64,000 nucleotides of DNA from the NCBI GenBank assembly GCA_002269645.1, contig NIVC01000834.1, positions 310,001-374,000 of the forward strand, read 5' to 3'. This document shows positions 1-12,262 of this stretch, in pieces. The notes under the pieces are model-generated. The model saw only the letters and a list, made by a program, of their open reading frames with translations. It had not been told where the DNA came from and ran no database searches. This DNA is from Macrostomum lignano. Its lineage: Eukaryota. The position numbers and the translations under genes were made by a program. How positions within the stretch are numbered: position 1 is the first letter of the stretch; each line of letters opens with the position of its first letter.

Positions 1-106
1 CTCTCCCATCTCCCTCAGTCTCACTCTCCCATCTCCCTCAGTCTCACTCTCCCATCTCCCTCTCCCTCAGTCTCCCTCTCTCATCTCCCTTTCTCTCACT
101 CTCCCA

Positions 107-175
<69 letters not shown>

Positions 176-820
176 CTCACTCTCTTATCTCCCTCTCCCT
201 CAATCTCACTCTCCCATCTTCTTCTCCCTCAGTCTCACTCTCCCATCTCCCTTTCTCTCAGTCTCACTCTCCATCTCCCTCTCCCTCAGTCTCACTCTCC
301 ATCTCCCTCTCCCTCAGTCTCACTCTCCATCTCCCTCTCCCTCAGTCTCACTCTCCATCTCCCTATCCCTCAGTCTCACTCTCCTTCTCCCTCTCCCTCA
401 GTCTCACTCTCCATCTCCCTCTCCCTCAGTCTCACTCTCCATCTCCCTCTCCCTCAGTCTCACTCTCCATCTCCCTCTCGCTCAGTCTCACTCTCCCTCT
501 CCCTCAGTCTCACTCTCTCTTCTCCCTCTCCCTCAGTCTCACTCTCCCTCTCCCTCAGTCTCACTCTCTCCTCTCCCTCAGTCTCACTCTCCCTCTCCCT
601 CAGTCTCAGTCTCCCATCTCCCTCAGTCTCACTCTCACTCACTCTCCTCAGTCTCACTCTCCCTCTCCCTCAGTCTCAGTCTCCCATCTCCCTCAATCTC
701 ACTCTCCCATCTTCTTCTCCCTCAGTCTCACTCTCCCATCTCCCTTTCTCTCAGTCTCACTCTCCCATCTCCCTCTCCCTCTCCCTCAGTCTCACTCTCC
801 CATCTCCCTCTCCCTCCCAC
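1..820. repeat. CT-rich minisatellite, about 28-30 bp unit, with (CT)n
   Basis: Iterated CTCAGTCTCACTCTCCCATCTCCCTCTCC. Confidence 0.9.
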
Positions 821-1097
821 TCACAACTTCAAGCAAAAAAACTTCAAAACGGAACTGGGAGTCAAGATCAGTGAAGAAAAGAGCAAGAACCCAGCAACAC
901 AGCATAAAGTTTCATAGCAGATGACGGCAATGCGCTGTGGCTATATAATCAATAGTTAACAGAAGACATAAGCATCATTCAAATTTATTAAACTGAAAAA
1001 AACTTGAATCTTACACAAGCAAGTCAGTCGCAGGCACTTGAGTTGACAAATAAATAAATAAACAACAAGCAAGCAAACTTGCCAAGATGAAGGTACA

Positions 1098-1099
<2 letters not shown>

Positions 1100-1132
<33 letters not shown>

Positions 1133-1137
1133 TGTGT
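1100..1137. repeat. (GT)n microsatellite
   Basis: Direct reading. Confidence 0.95.
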
Positions 1138-1761
1138 AATAACTGGGCTGGCACAAACTCATTTGAATACAGAATTTAAGCTAATACGTCATAAAAAAAA
1201 CAAAAATGGTGCTGGATATTTCTGGCGATATTTGAAATTTTGAAACCCGCAGGCGTAAACATTTATTATAACAAAAATACAAAAAATCAATATTTAAACT
1301 ACAGTAAAAATGACAACTATAACGGCACAGCAAGCTGATGATGACAGCAACAGCTCATAAAATAATTATTTTATTTAATAAATCACAAGTCAAAGATAAT
1401 ATCTTGGTTGCACTGCGATGGAATGTAAGAACGGTTAGTCAAATAAAAAAATCAGCACACAGCCAAATGAGATTCTCTTTTCAAATTTAAACTGGTGCCA
1501 AAAAGTGCACAATAGAAGCATTATTAAAAAACGCATAAAGCAACAAAATGTGTTTAAAAATGTAGTTAGCTGTTTCAATAAAAATTTCTGCCACCAAAAG
1601 CAAAGCATAAGCAGAAATTTGGAATCCATCAGCTGCAGTCAGTGCACTTTTATATTTACAATACAAGTAGGGATCAGAGCTTCCATGGGATTTAAAACTT
1701 AACCTGCTAGTTGGATTGACCAAACAATTTTGGGACATTTTTTGCCGAACTTAAAACAACC

Positions 1762-3139
1762 AGAATGGGATAATTATCCCAAAAATCCCCTCCCCCAATC
1801 AGAATGAGATTATTATCCCAAAATCCCCTCTTTTAATCAGAATGGGTTAATTATTTTGAAATCCCGTCTTTTAATCAGAATGGGATAGTTATCCTAAAAA
1901 TCCCCTCCCACATTCAGAATGGGATAATTATCCCAGAAATCCCCTCCGACATTCAGAATGGGATAACTATCCCAGAAATCCCCTCCCACATTCAGAATGG
2001 GATAATTATCCCAGAAATCCCCTCCACATTCAGAATGGGATAATTATCCCAGAAATCCCCTCCCACATTCAGAATGGGATAACTATCCCAGAAATCCCCT
2101 CCCACATTCAGAATGGGATAACTATCCCAGAAATCCCCTCCCACATTCAGAATGGGATAATTATCCCAGAAATCCCCTCCACATTCAGAATGGGATAACT
2201 ATCCCAGAAATCCCCTCCCACATTCAGAATGGGATAATTATCCCAGAAATCCCCTCCACATTCAGAATGGGATAACTATCCCAGAAATCCCCTCCCACAT
2301 TCAGAATGGGATAACTATCCCAGAAATCCCCTCCCACATTCAGAATGGGATAATTATCCCAGAAATCCCCTCCCACATTCAGAATGGGATAATTATCCCA
2401 GAAATCCCCTCCGACATTCAGAATGGGATAACTATCCCAGAAATCCCCTCCCACATTCAAAATGGGATAACTATCCCAGAAATCCCCTCCCACATTCAGA
2501 ATGGGATAACTATCCCAGAAATCCCCTCCCACATTCAGAATGGGATAATTATCCCAGAAATCCCCTCCACATTCAGAATGGGATAACTATCACAGAAATC
2601 CCCTCCCACATTCAGAATGGGATAACTATCCCAGAAATCCCCTCCCACATTCAGAATGGGATAATTATCCCAGAAATCCCCTCCACATTCAGAATGGGAT
2701 AATTATCCCAGAAATCCCCTCCCACATTCAGAATGGGATAACTATCCCAGAAATCCCCTCCCACATTCAGAATGGGATAATTATCCTAAAAATCCCCTCC
2801 CACATTCAGAATGGGATAATTATCCCAGAAATCCCCTCCCACATTCAGAATGGGATAACTATCCCAGAAATCCCCTCCACATTCAGAATGGGATAACTAT
2901 CCCAGAAATCCCCTCCCACATTCAGAATGGGATAACTATCCCAGAAATCCCCATCCCACAATCAGAATGGGATAATTATCCCAGAAATCCCCTCCCACAT
3001 TCAGAATGGGATAATTATCCCAGAAATCCCCTCCCACATTCAGAATGGGATAATTATCCCAGAAATCCCCTCCGACATTCAGAATGGGATAACTATCCCA
3101 GAAATCCCCTCCCACATTCAGAATGGGATAACTATCCCA
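1762..3139. repeat. 38/39-bp minisatellite, about 35 copies, palindromic core
   Basis: Unit CCCACATTCAGAATGGGATAA(T/C)TATCCCAGAAATCCCCT. Confidence 0.95.
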
Positions 3140-3482
3140 AACACTGGAATACATAAAGGAAAACAGCTCCACAACTAAGTATAAATGGGAAGATCCAATC
3201 AAAAGAAGCAATATTAGTAGCCGGAATGCACAGAGTTGACGCAAAACAATGGTTTGAAATAACACGCACGGAATGTGTAAACTGACAAGCAAACATTTTT
3301 AATAGATAATAAATAATATAATGATAATAAAACACTTACTATTAGCTAATCTGTCAATGAGTTTATCTCTCACAGATTTCAAGGAAATCATTGGCTCAAG
3401 ACGTTGTTGGCATAGACGTGACGCATTCAAAAAACTACAAAATTAATTTAAAAGTCTGAATTGTTATTAATTACGGTTAACT

Positions 3483-6039
3483 TCATCTGGAGCGGAGAGT
3501 TCGCTGCTTGTTCATAGTGGTGAGCATCAGGCTGATGTAGGAGGTCAGCAGGTCGTCCATCTTGTAGCCGAGCGACGTCTCGCAAAGCAGTTTGCTGCCT
3601 CGAATCAGATTGCCGACGGTCATGTGGAAGTAGGTGTTGCCGCTGGACCAGTTGCTGATCTTTGTGAACGGATGGATCTCCAGGATCTCCTGCAAGGATT
3701 GGAGCGAATGGAGCTTCAGAGGCTGTACAAGGGACAGGGTGTCTTTGGGGTGAATGTCGATGAGGTGAATGTCGATATATCGGAATGTCGATAATGAAAA
3801 TGTCGAAGTAAGGAATGTCGATAATGAAAATTTCGAAGTAAGGAATGTCGATATTGAAAATGTCGAAGTAATGAACGTCGATAATGAAAATGTCGATATA
3901 GTGAATGTCGATGATTTGAGCGTCGATAGATGTCGATGGTTGTTGATGCATGTCGATGGGTTTAGATGGACGTCGATAAATGTCGATGGGTGTTGATGGA
4001 TGTCGATGGGTGCCGATGGGTGCCGATGGGTGTCGATGAGTGTCAATGGGTTTCGATAGATGTCGATGGCTGTCAATGGGTGTCGATGGGTGTCAATGAG
4101 TGTCAATGGGTTTCGATAGATGTCGATGGGTGTCGATGGTTGTCGATGGGTCTCGATGGGTGTCGATGGTTGTCGATGGGTGTTGATGGGTGTCGATGGG
4201 TGTCGATTAGTGTCGATGGATGTCGATGGGTGCCAATGGGTGTCGATGGATGTCGATGCATGTCAATGGGTGTCGATGGTTGTCGATGAGTGTTGATGGG
4301 TGTCGATGCATGTCGATGGGTGTCGATGGGTGTCGATGGATGTCGATGCATGTCAATGGGTGTCGATGCATGTCGATGAGTGTTGATGGGTGTCGATGGA
4401 TGTCGATGCATGTCAATGGGTGTCGATGGTTGTCGATGAGTGTTGATGGGTGTCGATGCATGTCAATTAGTGTCGATGCATGTTGATGGGTGTCGATGGG
4501 TGTCGATGGGTGTCGATGGTTGTTGATGGGTGTCGATGCATGTCGATGGGTGTCGATGGGTGTCGATGGGTGTCGATGCATGTCGATGGGTGTCGATGGT
4601 TGTTGATGGGTGTCGATGCATGTCGATGCATATCGATGGGTGCAAATGGGTGCCGACGCGTGTCGATGGATGTCGATGGGTATCAGGCACATAAAATTGA
4701 ATTAAATAATTTGCAAACCTTAGTCATGGGATGAATCAAGTTCACTCCGTGCTTGTTGATGGCAATCAGCAGAGTTTCTGGGTAGTTCGGCTCAGTCGTT
4801 TGCTAAAATGAGACACAAATTGCCGCGTACATGTAGAACTCAGTTACAGCAAAAGTCCTGAATTAACATCAAACGCACCTTGACTTCGAAGAACGCTGAG
4901 CCAAAAGTGGGCCACTTGTAGATGAGCTTGGTGAAGGTGACTTTGGCCTCGTCTGAGCTCATGCCAATGCTATTGTTGTACTGGGCCACGATTCGCTGCG
5001 GTTATGGGGATTTTTCAGGACGATAAAATGGGGATTTTCGGAATGGGAATAAAGTGGGGATTTTAAGGTGGGGAAGAAAATGGGGATTTTAAGGACGATG
5101 AACTGGGATTTTCAGGTGGGGAAGAAAATGAGATTTTCAGGTGGGGAAGATAATGGGGATTTTCAGGTGGGGAAGAAAATGGAGATTTTCAGGTGGGGAA
5201 GAAAATGGGGATTTTTAAGGACGATGAAATGGGAATTTTCCGGTGGGGAAGAAAATGGAGATTTTTAGGTGGAGAAGAAAATGGGGATATTCCGGTAATA
5301 AAATGGGGATTTTCGGGGGGAATGAAATGGGGATCTTCGGGGAATAAAATGGAGATTCCCGGGTAGGGAATAATATGGGGATTTTCGAGGGGGGAGGGAT
5401 AAAATGGGGATTCTCGGGTAGGGAATAATATGGGGATTTTTGGGGGGAGGGATGGGGATGAAATGGGGATTTTCAAGGGGCGATAAAACAGGGATTATCA
5501 GCTCGGATCAACTTGTGTATCCTCAAAAATCCTCATCAGACTCACCCTTTTCCATTCCTCAGCAGACAGCTGTTTAATCAGATCAGCAGGCAGCAATTCT
5601 TTGAGGAATCGCCTGTAAAAAAACAAAAGTACATTTGTAATATCAACACCAAGGACACGGTAAATGACAGGCTTGAACTCGGCGGGCACTCACGGAATGT
5701 GCTGCAGGTTGTTCTTGTTTTCGCCGAATTTCACTCGATAAATCAGAGCGGCGAGTTCAGCCGCCTCATCCACGGTGCACTTGTGGTAGCCCCGCAGCAG
5801 CTTCGGCAGCTCCTGATGGTAGTGGAAGATGATGTCGGCGTTGCGGTCCCTGCCCGGCACTGTGGTGCTCCACAGCTTCTTCATGAAGAACACCTGGTAG
5901 CTGAACTGCGGGGTGACGCCGTCACGGCTGGGCTTCGCCTTCTTGATCCACTCGGTCAGGTGGCGGACGAAGTCGAAGAAGAAATCACCCTCGGGTACGG
6001 AGATTACCTGTGATTGATAGATAGATAGATAGATAGATG

Positions 6040-6083
<44 letters not shown>

Positions 6084-6175
6084 TATAGATAGATGGATAG
6101 ATAGATAGATGGATAGATAGATAGATGGATAGATAGATAGATGGATAGATAGATAGATGGATAGATAGATAGATG

Positions 6176-6210
<35 letters not shown>

Positions 6211-6403
6211 GGATAGATAGATAGATGGATAGATAGATAGATGGATAGATAGATAGATGGATAGATAGATAGATGGATAGATAGATAGATGGATAGATAG
6301 ATAGATGGATAGATAGATAGATGGATAGATAGATAGATGGATAGATAGATAGATGGATAGATAGATAGATGGATAGATAGATAGATGGATAGATAGATAG
6401 ATG

Positions 6404-6438
<35 letters not shown>

Positions 6439-6618
6439 GGATAGATAGATAGATAGATGGATAGATAGATAGATGGATAGATAGATAGATGGATAGATAG
6501 ATAGATGGATAGATAATAGATGGATAGATAGATAGATGGATAGATAGATAGATGGATAGATAGATAGATGGATAGATAGATAGATGGATAGATAGATAGA
6601 TGGATAGATAGATAGATG

Positions 6619-6673
<55 letters not shown>

Positions 6674-6678
6674 GGATG

Positions 6679-6709
<31 letters not shown>

Positions 6710-6710
6710 G

Positions 6711-6765
<55 letters not shown>

Positions 6766-6841
6766 GGATGGATAGATAGATACGTAAACACAGACAGATA
6801 GACAGACACAAAGACAGACAGACAGACAGACAAACTGACAG

Positions 6842-6919
<78 letters not shown>

Positions 6920-9900
6920 CCACCTTGTCGGCAATTTTGACAAACAGTGAGAAGCCCTCGTAGCTCTTCAGTCCGAGTTTGTTGGCCACATTGGCGCAGA
7001 AGTCCTTGGCCCGAGTGCTGGAATCGACTTCGAACGCTTCGTCCGAATCGTCAGGGAAGTAGACTTTGTGGTAGATTATGGTAGTCTTGTGCTGGATGGC
7101 CTCGACCTCCACCTAGAATAAGGCAATAAGATTGTATTCTTTGAAAAAATCTATTCCACCGATATGTATCGTAGGACTATTAATTGAGGGTTCTATAGTA
7201 AAGGTTAATGGCTAATTACCAACAGACACCTAACGTACGATCTAAAAGGACTACAGTTAGACCCCATTCAGCCGACATGTATCGTAAAGCACTTTAAGTA
7301 AGGACTCCATAGTAAAGCTTTAAGGTAGAGGTAGGTTCTATTCTCCCGATATGTATTGAAAACAGCTAATCTATGACTCTCTACTATAAGTAAACGGCTA
7401 GCAAATACTCAGCCGATATGTATCAATAAAACACATAATCTAGGGCTCTCTACTATAAGTAAACGGCTAGCAAATACTCAGCCGATATGTATTGATAAAA
7501 CACATAATCTAGGGCTCTCTACTATAAGTAAACGGCTAGCAAATACTCAGCCGATATGTATCAATAAAACACATAATCTAGGGCTCTCTACTATAAGTAA
7601 ACGGCTAGCAAATACTCAGCCGATATGTATCAATAAAACACATAATCTATGGCTCTCTACTATAAGTAAACGGCTAGCAAATACTCAGCCGATATGTATC
7701 AATAAAACACATAATATAGGGCTCTCTACTATAAGTAAACGGCTAGCAAATACTCAGCCGATATGTATTGATAAAACACATAATCTATGGCTCTCTACTA
7801 TAAGTAAACGGCTAGCAAATACTCAGCCGATATGTATCGATAAAACACATAATCTAGGGCTCTCTACTATAAGTAAAAGGCTAGCAAATACTCAGCCGAT
7901 ATGTATCGATAAAACACATAATCTAGGGCTCTCCACTATAAGTAAAAGGCTAGCTAATACTCAGCCGATATGTATCGTAGAACACATAACAAGGCGCACC
8001 TGATGCGGCGGATATTTTCGTTGGCCGTTGCGCAAAGTTTTCTGCAATCGAGCTAAACAGTCGGGCGCCACCGTATTCCGAGAGGTTCTTAAAAATTGCG
8101 TCACCTCTTTGAGCAGATTTGGACTCGGGGCGAAGCAGCCAGTGGCCAGCCACATCAGTTCCCAGCCTCGCTCCTCGCTGAAGGCATTCAAATTGTCGGT
8201 GAGCTGTTTGCACAGCTGGCAGTAGACTTCGTCTTTCAACAATTCGTGCTTCAGAGGCGGCTCGAAAATCTGGTCGGTGAGCTCGTTGCCAGCCCTACTG
8301 CGCTTGCTGGGGTGGTCGCCCATGTACTTCAACGTGGCCAAGAAGGTGATGATGGCCTGGGTGCTCAGATCGTCTTTGCCCTGCAGTTTGCGGAGCAGCG
8401 GCTGCTTCAGCGGGTCGCGCGAGTGGCGCCAGAGCTGGTCGGCCTGCCGCCGTCTGGCCGTGTTCATGCCTAGCGCCCGGGACTGCGTTCGCTTCGGCGG
8501 CGGCCGGAAATGATCGATCGAGTACTCCTCCAGCGTGTGCTGCCGCGCGCCGTCCGGCGCCATCGCGCCACCGTTGGCGCCGCTGTCTGGCCCGGCGCCG
8601 AACTGGCCGGCTTGAACGGCGAGATCGGGCCCGCCAGGCTGCTGGGTGAACAGAGACAGAATCTGCGGCGACGGCCGGGTGAGCAGGGGCAGCACGTACA
8701 CGCACTCGGCCGGGAAGTCGCCCTTCAGGCCGGTGCGGTAGTTCTCGCCGTAGCACCAGCCGCTGTTCATCACTGTCTCGCCGTTGCTCTGCTCAAGGAT
8801 GAGCAGGTCACCTTTTTGGAAGTTCAGGAAACTCGAACCGGAGCCTGGGTGGAGGGTTGACGGGAGAGATTAGGGATGGAGAGCTTAGACATCGGGGAGT
8901 GAGATTAGAGATTAGACATCGGGGAGTGGGATTAGAGATGGATAGATTAGACATCGGGGAGTGAGATTAGAGATGGATAGATTAGACATCGGGGAGTGCG
9001 ATTAGAGATAAAGAGAGATTAGACATCGGGGAGTGAGATGAGAGATGGATGGATTAGACATCGGGGAGAGATGAGAGATGGATAGATTAGACATCAGCGA
9101 GAGAAATAGAGATGGATAGATTAGACATCAGGTAGAGATGAGAGATGTATAGAATAGAGATCAGGGAGAGAGATGAGAGATGTATAGATTAGACATCAGG
9201 TAGAGATGAGAGATGTATAGAATAGAGATCAGGGAGAGAGATGAGAGATGGATAGATTAGACATCAGGTAGAGATGAGAGATGTATAGAATAGAGATCAG
9301 GGAGAGAGATGAGAGATGGATGAGAGATGAGAGATGGAGATTAGACATCAGGGAGAGATGAGAGATGTATAGATTAGACATCAGGTAGAGATGAGAGATG
9401 TATAGAATAGGGATCAGGGAGAGAGATGAGAGATGGATAGATTAGACATCAGGTAGAGATGAGAGATGTATAGAATAGAGATCAGGGAGAGAGATGAGAG
9501 ATGGATAGATTAGACATCAGGGAGAGATGAGAGATGGATAGATTAGACATCAGGGAGAGATGAGAGATGTATAGATTAGACATCAGGTAGAGATGAGAGA
9601 TGTATAGAATAGAGATCGGGGAGTGAGATTAGAGATGGATAGATTAGACATCAGCGAGAGAAATAGAGATGGATAGATTAGAAATCAGGGAGAGATGAGA
9701 GATGGATAGATTAGACATCAGGTAGAGATGAGAGATGTATAGAATAGAGATCAGGGAGAGAGATTAGAGATGGATAGATTAGACATCGGGGTGAGAGATG
9801 AGAGATGGATAGAATATATATCAGGGAGGGATTAGAGAGATGAGAGACTGTCACCCCAAGATCCACCCTAATCTCAGACAGCAGCAAGTGAAAGAGAAAA

Positions 9901-12047
9901 CAGAATTTCGCACAGCAAAGCAAGCAATAAACCTGACCAGATAAAATGACAAAGCGATAAAAACATCGCAGACTGACAATAATTTGATACAGTGGTTTGG
10001 AACAGTGGGCATCAGACACGACATTGCGTGACAGAAATTCAATAAGTTTCAAGAGAGGCAGATATGGTTTACAGCAATAATAATTTCAAAGGTACGAAAG
10101 CCTATGTAGCTGTAGGCTGGGGAGAAAGGCATACAAAGAAAAAGCAATCGGAGAATCTATGTACTCCGAGCTCTGAGCCAAAGCCACTTTGAGCTGTGCT
10201 CCGCCCTGCCGACCGAGGGGCTTCCGGTGCGGCTTCGCAAATCAAAAGAGGCGCCTAAAAGACCACCTGGGGCGATAATTATAGAGGCCGCCTGCTCCTT
10301 CCTGCCTCAATCTTTACGAGCTACACCGGGTCAAAACGCCGCCTAATATTAATTTTGTAACAATTTAGTACGAAATTGCTGTCATGTCCTTAGTACTCTA
10401 CTAAGAGTAGAAATATTAGCAATACTGTAGAATACCAGCAGAAAAATACAGAAAAATATTAAGAATAATGACTAACATATATAGATTTGATGAAAATCAA
10501 AATCAAATAAAAAAGCGAACTCACTAGGTTGCTCATAGTCTTGCAGTGCGATAACGTAAATGCTTCGTCGTTTTAAGCCTTCCAAAAAGGTCACCACAAG
10601 GTCGCGAATATCTTCAGCGTTGGGCGAAGTAAAGGTGTACTCGTCGCCCTTTAGAGTGGCCAGAGTGAACGACTGGCCGTGGATGCGGCCCGTGCTGTAA
10701 AAGTTTGAGATGTACTTTTTAAAGACTTTTAATAACGAAAAGGACCGGGGTTCGAATCCTGTCCGATTATTATCGCAACAAAGCTTTTGAAAGTGACGGT
10801 AGCTCATGATTTAAGGATTGTATGAAATTATTTACAGTAAAGTGTTGAAAAAACAAAAAGAGCGACACAAAGTGATAGGTGATGCATTCGAAAGAAACCA
10901 TGTTTCGATACATATCGGCTGAATAGAAAATTAGATACATTTTTATAAACTAATAAAGTTAACTTCAGTAGGGGACAGTCGGATTTATCTGTTTTTATTT
11001 AGACTCGTACAGAGAACGTGAATTCTTATTAAAAGTGAATTTTTAGCAGAAGTAGTATGATACGCAAAGTACAACTATAATTTTATGTGAAAAATAAGCG
11101 GTAATAGACTTAAAACCTACGCTTTATAGCTGGAATAGCGCAATATTCCCGAGCCAATTCTGTCGAACAGAGGGTGACTAGATGCAGAGACAACGGGCAA
11201 GTAAATTACTAATAGTAGTAGCATGCCTAAATTCTAAATTTAGCGGTGAAAAGGAAAAACAATTCTACAAAAAAATAAAAAAATTTCAATATTTTTACGA
11301 GCTTGTCAATCTGAAAAAATGATTTAATGTATTTTGAAAATCCACCAATATCCAGTTATATTTTCATAAAATTTACTTTAATTACTATTATTCCGATAGA
11401 TACATATCGGTAGACTTACCGACTAGCGGACACGGCGGTGATCTAAGGACAGCTCCAGCAGCACCTGCTCCATGTCGTCAACAAACACGCCAGTCCAGTT
11501 GACAGCAATAATGACGTCATTCTTGAGCGAGGGCCCGCTGAACTTGTACGCTTCGTAGAACCTGCTAAACAGCAGCGGCCATTTGAATTTGGCAAAGTTC
11601 ACAATGTCCTCTTTTATGCGCAGCGGAGCCGAGCGCTCCTTCAAGAAGTAGGCCTTGCGGAATGCCTGCGACAGCTGAAGCCAGTAGTTGCTGCCGCCGC
11701 TTCGACCTCCAACCCGCCGCCGCCGCTGAGGCTGCTGTCCGGGATGTAGGATGGCAGCAGGCTCTGCAGGCCTGCATCAGCTCCGGCCCTGCGATGTAAC
11801 TCTTGTACGCTTCGTAGCAATCTGCTAAACAGCATGCGGCTTTCCATGACCTACAAAACACTACTTTCGATACATATCGGTAGAATAGAAGCACTAGCTC
11901 GTAACACTGCATGAACGCAATAAATTAGGGCAGGCGGCTCGAAAAGTAAAGAGCAGATACAGGAAAACAGACAAACAGCAGACAGACAGGCAGGCAGACA
12001 GACAGACACTAAGACACTAAGACAGACAGACAGAGAAACAGACACTA

Positions 12048-12108
<61 letters not shown>

Positions 12109-12152
12109 GGAACAACAGACAAACAGACAGACAGACAGACACACAGACACTA

Positions 12153-12193
<41 letters not shown>

Positions 12194-12203
12194 CACAGAC
12201 AAC

Positions 12204-12262
<59 letters not shown>

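Noticed and set aside
823-920. Short open frame NFKQKNFKTELGVKISEEKSKNP
   Set aside because: No acceptor AG and no recognisable homology; too short to support.
5010-5475. Arrays of NF-kB/Dorsal-like GGGGATTTTC sites (also in the 39-bp array)
   Set aside because: Partial matches in G-rich repeats are expected by chance, and there is no supporting evidence.
7345-7980. CRISPR-like appearance of the 69-bp and 30-bp arrays
   Set aside because: The units are contiguous with no unique spacers, there are no cas genes, and the context is eukaryotic.
10743-10765. GACCGGGGTTCGAATCC tRNA T-arm-like sequence
   Set aside because: No A-box or 5' half upstream; at most a tiny SINE remnant.
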